DNA of 64,000 nucleotides from a virus: IMG/VR virus record IMGVR_UViG_3300036800_000175, positions 1 to 64,000 of that record; one strand, 5' to 3'. Shown piece by piece: positions 63,561 to 64,000 of this stretch (position 1 is its first letter; each line of letters starts with the position of its first letter). The notes under the pieces were generated by a model. It saw only the letters and a program-made list of their open reading frames with translations, ran no database searches and was not told where the DNA came from. The position numbers and the translations under genes were made by a program.

Positions 63561-64000
63561 ATGGTCAGGCTTCGTTACGCGGACATGCCCGGCGGGATCC
63601 GCGCCCGCATCAACCGCGGTCACCACCCGGGCCGGGTCACCATCGTCCTCGCCCCGGACATGACGGGGCCGCGGCGCCGGGCGATGCTCCGCCGGCTGAT
63701 CCGCAACTCCCGCATCCCCGGCTACGGCCCGCCGCTCCCCGCCGCGGGCGTGTGGGGTGCGCTCGCCTGGGATGTCGCTGCGGCGAACGTGCGTAACGCC
63801 GTGGCTGCGATGCGGCTGCACCCGGCACAGTCGCTGCTGTGCGGCGCGTTCGTCGCCGGGGTGGTGACCTGCTACATGATGTTCGCGGCGGTCAGCGTCC
63901 AGATCCGCCCTGCTGCACCCGGGCCGGGCGGCCCGCCGCTGATCCCCGTCGCCCGGCATCACCACCGCCGCCGGCCGGGCCGGCCGGCGGTGTATGTGCC
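63561..64000 (+). CDS. Membrane-anchored hypothetical protein, 3'-truncated
   Basis: RBS AAGGGA; MVRLRYADMPGG...; TM near 63830-63900; no stop seen before window end. Confidence 0.6.
   Translation, partial: MVRLRYADMPGGIRARINRGHHPGRVTIVLAPDMTGPRRRAMLRRLIRNSRIPGYGPPLPAAGVWGALAWDVAAANVRNAVAAMRLHPAQSLLCGAFVAGVVTCYMMFAAVSVQIRPAAPGPGGPPLIPVARHHHRRRPGRPAVYV

Noticed and set aside
1-64000. tRNA, rRNA, integrase, transposase, terminase
   Set aside because: None recognised by eye; terminase probably lies upstream of the window; a tRNAscan-SE/Infernal run is needed to exclude RNA genes

Overview
High-GC siphovirus-type phage genome segment, probably temperate and infecting a filamentous actinomycete (host inferred from DUF397, a short GntR and an actinomycete-type Rep). 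Order: Mu-like (DUF935) portal C-terminus and MuF-like minor head protein (1-1.9 kb); a set of modular effector proteins (two H-type ART domains, one VIP2-like ART, ParB-like domains, a zeta-like kinase) sharing short repeated peptide motifs (5-11 kb and 17.5-18.2 kb); a ~10 kb block of leftward small genes driven by a repeated 29-bp promoter/operator (11-21 kb); protease/scaffold, decoration, capsid, neck, tail, tape measure-NlpC/P60, tail tip and lysis genes (21.5-47.2 kb); a GntR / unknown ORF / secreted-peptide locus (47.3-48.4 kb); Rep and ParA, suggesting a plasmid-like prophage (52-54.4 kb); then accessory ORFs. Best candidates for new biology: (1) a 59-aa signal-peptide ORF missed by the ORF track, ending in tandem ASPDMYHG/ASPDMFHG cores, possibly an arbitrium-like signal; (2) a putative capsid-loaded effector polyprotein system with a shared linker and GPKGYxHGW tag, a segment resembling the capsid N-terminus, and a -1 frameshift (CCCAAAA plus hairpin) appending the zeta kinase. 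I recognised no integrase, tRNA or CRISPR. All family calls are by eye from motifs, not database searches.
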